A program made the position numbers and the translations under genes. Under the pieces are notes generated by a model, which was not told where the DNA came from, ran no database searches, and worked only from the letters and a program-made list of their open reading frames with translations. From an uncultured Acidimicrobiales bacterium (GTDB lineage: Bacteria > Actinomycetota > Acidimicrobiia > Acidimicrobiales > VFJN01), in contig CAVTKV010000014.1 in assembly GCA_963735395.1 (NCBI GenBank), positions 788 to 64,787 on the forward strand: a stretch of 64,000 nucleotides of DNA, read 5' to 3'. Of this stretch, positions 59,501-64,000 are shown one piece after another. Numbering within the stretch: position 1 is the first letter of the stretch; the number at the start of each line of letters is the position of its first letter.

Positions 59501-62500
59501 TCACGGTGCCCCCGCGTTCATGAAGGCCGCCCATTCGGCGGGCGGTTCGGAAGCCAGCTTCCGCTGTACTCCAGCAAGGGCGACGGAAGGCCTGATCCCA
59601 CTCGCCATACGCCGGTGGAGGTCGGCCATGAATGCTGGCGCCGAGGCGTCGTCGACCGGCCACAATGCCGCCGTCACCGATCGGGCACCCGAGTCGACCA
59701 GCGCCGTTGCGGCGCCCAGGGCCTCGTCCGGAAGCCGCGTTCCGGTCAGACCCGAGTCGCATGCAGACAGGACGATGTGATTCCCATGCCCCCCTGCGAG
59801 GGTGGAGGACAAGACGGGTTCGTCCAGCAGAAGGACCGAGCGCTCGGGATGGTCGAGGTCGACGTCGAGGTGGCAGGCAACGTGCACGACGTCTGCCCAT
59901 CCACACCCGTCGACCAGGGCCGCATCCACGCCTCCTGCCTCGACGGCAGGAGCGCCGCGGCGGAGCCCCCGACGGCCAGGCCACGGCGGGAGCGCCGGCG
60001 CCACGGGCGGGCGACGCCAATGGCGAACCTCCTCGTAGGCGCCAGCTAGGATCCGGGCCTCGTCCCACACCCCGGCGATGCGCCGGTCACTCGGGCCGGG
60101 ATGGGCAACGATGAACAAGTGCCCAGGTCGCCACTCCGCATCGGTCGTGGCCAATCGAGCGTTCGGGACCACGGTCACCGCCTCGACCAGCCCAAGAAGG
60201 CTGCCGTCAGCATCACCGCGTGCCGTGCTGATTGGGAGCCAGCCGACCCGGCCGACCGGCACGACAACGAGGGTCTCTACGTCCCGTGACAGGATCTTCG
60301 CTGCGGGCTCCGCAATAGTGTCCGACGTATACCGCAGCAGCCTGCCCGCGGCGGCATTCCTGCGATCAGATGCGCCCGGGGCTTCGCTATCGAACGCGCG
60401 CCTGACCAGGTCGAGCTCGCTCGCAACCCTGTCGGTCTGAAGCCGAGGAACCGCCACGCTCCGCACTCGACCACGACCATCGACAGTCGCGACGATCCCC
60501 CCTGCCGGTGTCGCCGCCACGTAGAGCACCACTCCGCCTGTCGCCTCGGCCGCCCCCACGATGTCGTCGAACGACACGTTCTCGACGGGTCGACCCAGAT
60601 GCTCGGCGCGGAGCACCGCCGCAGCCCGCTCGAGGTGCATGACAACGACCTGTCCGCCCTGGCCGGCACGGAAGGCGGCCACCGCCGCCACCGCTCCCGT
60701 TCCCTGGACCTCGGACCGCGCCCGCTCCTTGTCCTCGACGAGTGCTCGGACAGACGACAGTGACGACGCTGCCGCGATGGCAGTTCCGGCGGCGAGTGCC
60801 GCCTGGGCCCAGCTCTCCTCGGCAAACGCGACGTTCGCCAGCCGCTTCGCCGCGTTGACCGATACCGACGGCACACCTCTCGCCAGCGCTGCGTCCCAGT
60901 AGTCGACGGCAGCCTGGAGGTCGGCGTTGTCCTCGCCATGGGTGTGGCGCTCGTGGCGATCGGCGTACCGACACCCCAGGTTGAACTCGATCCGAGGTGT
61001 GTGCGACGAGTCGGTGGGTACCAGAGCGAGTGCCTCCTCGAGTAGGGAGATCGCGGCGTCGAGATCGTCTCGCGAGCGGACCTCCTCGGCCCGGTCGGTC
61101 AGCGCGTTGGCCAGGGTCGCGAGGTAGATGTACCTGTCCGACGCCGGGACGGAACGGTGACGGGCAGCCTCACGGGCCAACGCGACCGCGCTGTCGAGGT
61201 CGCCGTGTCGGCGCGTGCGCACTGCTGGTCCTCGTCGCCAGCAAGCGAGCCAAGGCAGCGAGTCGTCCCGGCCGTGTGACAGCGTCACCGGGAGTCAGCG
61301 AGAGCGACGCACCAGCGTGGTCGATCGCGCCTTCCAGATCCGCGGGATCATCGGCGAGGTGATACTGGTGCTCGAGCGCGTCGCGAGGTTGCTCTGGATC
61401 GCAGCCTCGGTCTCGAAGGGCAATGGCGAGCGGAGAGTCTCGACCCCGATCCTGACAGCGTCGGCCAGGTCGGCGCGGTTGCCCTCGACCTCGAATCGTT
61501 CGCACCGGAGCAGCATGGCGTCGTTCGCGCCAGCCCAACCGACCGGTGACGCATGATCGGACAGAGCCAGGGCGACGTCAGTCGCGGCAGAGGGCAAGAT
61601 CGAGCCACTCTCGCCGTCCGCCGCGTAGGTACGTGTCGTAGGCCGCCGCCGACAGGGTGCCCAGGAAGACCGGCCGGCTCGGGCTGTCACGCCCACAGTC
61701 CATCACGACTCGCGCGGCCTGACAGGTCGCCTCATCGAGCAAGGCGGCGTCATCGTGGGCGTCCGCCGCTAAGCGAAGTGCCTGGGCGAGAGTGTGCGCA
61801 CACCGAACTCGCTGAGAGGGGGACGCTGGGGCCACGCATGCCTGACGCCCGAGCTTGACGGCCTCGTCGATGTCGGCAATGACCCCGGAGCTCTCGTAGC
61901 GGGAAACCGTCATGGCGGCGAGGTTGGCCAGGATTCCGGACGGAGGATCGCCGAAGGCTTCGGCCGCGGCGGCTGTAGTCGTGATGGCGCGGACCAGGTC
62001 CTCCGGGTGGCCGTCGCGCTCGTGACGAGCTGAGAGGGCCCCCCCGAGGTTGCCGAGGATGCTGGCCCGGTCAGCATCGCCGCCGGATGTGAGACTGTCC
62101 GCCTGTTCGAGCAGTTCTATCGCTGTATCGAGCCCCGCCGGATGGTCCAGGTGCTCATACGCCGCGACATGCCGAGCCGCGAGGTTCGACAATGCGGCCG
62201 CGCGCAGGTCGTCACCCGCGCAGTCGACGAGGTTCTCGCCAAGGCTCACGGCCCGATCGAGGTCATCCCGCTCGTTTGTGAGGTGAAAGCGGCTCGACAG
62301 CGTCGCGGCAAGGTTCAGCTCGACGACGTGCCTGTCGTGCGATCCGGGCGCGAGGCTGTCAGCGAGCATCTCCAAGGTCTGCACAGCCACGTCGGCCAAG
62401 GCGACGTCTCCGACCTCGTCCGCTCGATCCGCGACCTCCAGCGCATAGACCAGTCCTGCCTCGACCCACTCCTGGGTTTGGGGCCGCGCCGCCTTGAATC

Positions 62501-62543
62501 TCGTGGCGGCAGCGGCGACACGTGATTGGCCTCTCTCCGTCAC
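59501..62543 (-). CDS. TPR-repeat + CHAT (caspase-like) protease, about 1000 aa, frameshifted around 61200-61700
   Basis: Repeated NL..AL..R....G...DLD.AI TPR units; CHAT LVVVPVG, VVHVACH (His), IVLSACDSG (Cys), AALWPVDD, WAAF. Confidence 0.85.
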
Positions 62544-62546
62544 GGG

Positions 62547-63956
62547 TCAGCGCGGGCTCAACCCGCTGACGTCGTCGGGCGCCGAGCCGACGGGCCCCGG
62601 TTTCGCCCGCTTGGCGTCGTAGAGGGCGGCGTCGGCCAGGTGGGCGACCGTGTCGGCCGGCGCAGTGGCGACGCCGACGCTGGCGCCGACCGTCACCGTC
62701 AGCCAGCCGTCGAGCGCGATGGGCGCCTCGATGGCCCGGACCACCCGCTCGGCCGAGCGGGCCGCGTCGTCGTGGTCGGTGCCGGGAGCGAACACGATGG
62801 CGAACTCGTCGCCGCCGTACCGCACGGCCAGGTCGCCGTCGCGCACGCCGGCGCGCAGCCGCTCGGCCACCACCTGCAGGACGGCGTCGCCGGTGTCGTG
62901 GCCGTGCGTGTCGTTCACGGGCTTGAAGTCGTCGAGGTCGAGGATCGCGACCGTGACCGACCCGTCGGCGTCGCCCAGGCGGCGCTCGAGCGCGGAGCGG
63001 TTGGCCAGGCCCGTCAGGGGGTCGGTGACGGCCTGGCGGCGCAGGGTGTGGCGGCGTCGCTCCTCGGCGATGACCAGGCTGGCCAGACGCTCGGTGTGGC
63101 GGAGGGCCTCGTCGGTGCCGATGTTGCGCTCGACGCTCATGCGCAGCCACACGACGACGCAGCCGATCACCTCGCCGGTGGGCTGGTCGCGGATCGGCAG
63201 GGCCCAGGACGCCAGGAAGCCCTGGGCATGGGCCTGGGCCGCCAGGTCGTCCGGGACCCCGGTGAAGTCGGGCGGGGACCGCACCTCGCCCCGTGCCGCC
63301 GCCTGCCACCACCGGGGGTCGGTCGCCAGGTGCGCCATCGGGTTGCCGCGCGGCACGCCGACCACCGGCCCATCGGCCAGCAGCGCCACCACCGCGGCCG
63401 ATCCGAGGTAGTCGGGGACGAGGCCCGCACAGGCGGCCAGCACGTCGGGCAGCGGCATGTCGGCCACCAGCAGGTCGATGACGTAGCCCACGCCGTCGAG
63501 CTCGCCGCTGACCGGCCGGGAGAACACCAGCATGCCGTCGACCACGGGGTCGTCCAGCAGGTTGTGGATCGTCGCCTCCATGATCACCCAGCGTCCGTCG
63601 AAGCGCTGGAACCGGTACCGGATCGGTTGGGGCATCGCGGCGAGCATGGTGTCGGCTGGCCCGGCGCCCTGCAGCTGGGCCAGCCCGTGCATGATCCGGT
63701 CGACGTCGTCGGGGTGGATGCGCTCCAGCGAGTTGTCGCCCCGGCGCGAGTCGGGGTCGGTGCCGGTGACCCACGTGGCCGAGTGGCTGATCCAGCGGAT
63801 GTTGAGGTCGGCGTCTATCAGCGTGACGACCGAGTAGGGCGACCGGTCGATGGCGCGCACGATGCGCGCCGCGACGTCGGGCGGCACGGGCGGGCCCTGG
63901 CCCACGCTCACGCCCCCCTCGACGGTCACCTCACCCGGCAACGACGCACGGGTCAT
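62547..63956 (-). CDS. PAS/GAF sensor diguanylate cyclase
   Basis: IHPDD PAS motif, TDPLTGLANR, LDLDDFKPVNDTHGH, RDGD I-site, RYGGDEF. Confidence 0.9.
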   Translation of the reverse strand: MTRASLPGEVTVEGGVSVGQGPPVPPDVAARIVRAIDRSPYSVVTLIDADLNIRWISHSATWVTGTDPDSRRGDNSLERIHPDDVDRIMHGLAQLQGAGPADTMLAAMPQPIRYRFQRFDGRWVIMEATIHNLLDDPVVDGMLVFSRPVSGELDGVGYVIDLLVADMPLPDVLAACAGLVPDYLGSAAVVALLADGPVVGVPRGNPMAHLATDPRWWQAAARGEVRSPPDFTGVPDDLAAQAHAQGFLASWALPIRDQPTGEVIGCVVVWLRMSVERNIGTDEALRHTERLASLVIAEERRRHTLRRQAVTDPLTGLANRSALERRLGDADGSVTVAILDLDDFKPVNDTHGHDTGDAVLQVVAERLRAGVRDGDLAVRYGGDEFAIVFAPGTDHDDAARSAERVVRAIEAPIALDGWLTVTVGASVGVATAPADTVAHLADAALYDAKRAKPGPVGSAPDDVSGLSPR

Positions 63957-64000
63957 GTGCGGCCCCCGACCTACTCCCTCAGCGCCGGGGCCCGGCCGGC

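Overview
High-GC actinobacterial chromosomal window (gene content suggests Acidimicrobiia; inference). It carries many single-base indels, densest in 1-25 kb and most likely long-read errors, so many genes are split across frames and were reassembled by eye. Contents from left to right: (1) a small defence island with a metallophosphoesterase, a complete four-gene type II Wadjet (TIGR02677/78/80/79-like jetABCD) operon and a DUF3427 remnant; (2) a Cys-rich/AbiEi-like gene behind a structured, SD-sequestering leader and a 26-aa uORF; (3) an 8-gene GntR / AprA-like flavoprotein / ferredoxin / ABC / HEAT / YeiH cluster whose binding protein ends in a NosL-like domain; (4) an ECF41 sigma with its exact promoter, a Ser/Thr kinase and an HTH-nucleotidyltransferase toxin-antitoxin pair; (5) a 38-47 kb clustered SigG-like ECF regulon defined by five CGAYGA-N18-GTC promoters; (6) a 167-bp CTAG-bounded hairpin element, a TQ-repeat membrane protein and kynA-kynU; (7) a compositionally distinct island at 57.8-62.5 kb that encodes a trypsin-like protease, a stand-alone prodomain-like protein and a two-TM protein, convergent on a large TPR-CHAT caspase-like protease. 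This last island is the best candidate for an undescribed system. No rRNA, tRNA, CRISPR array or transposase was found.
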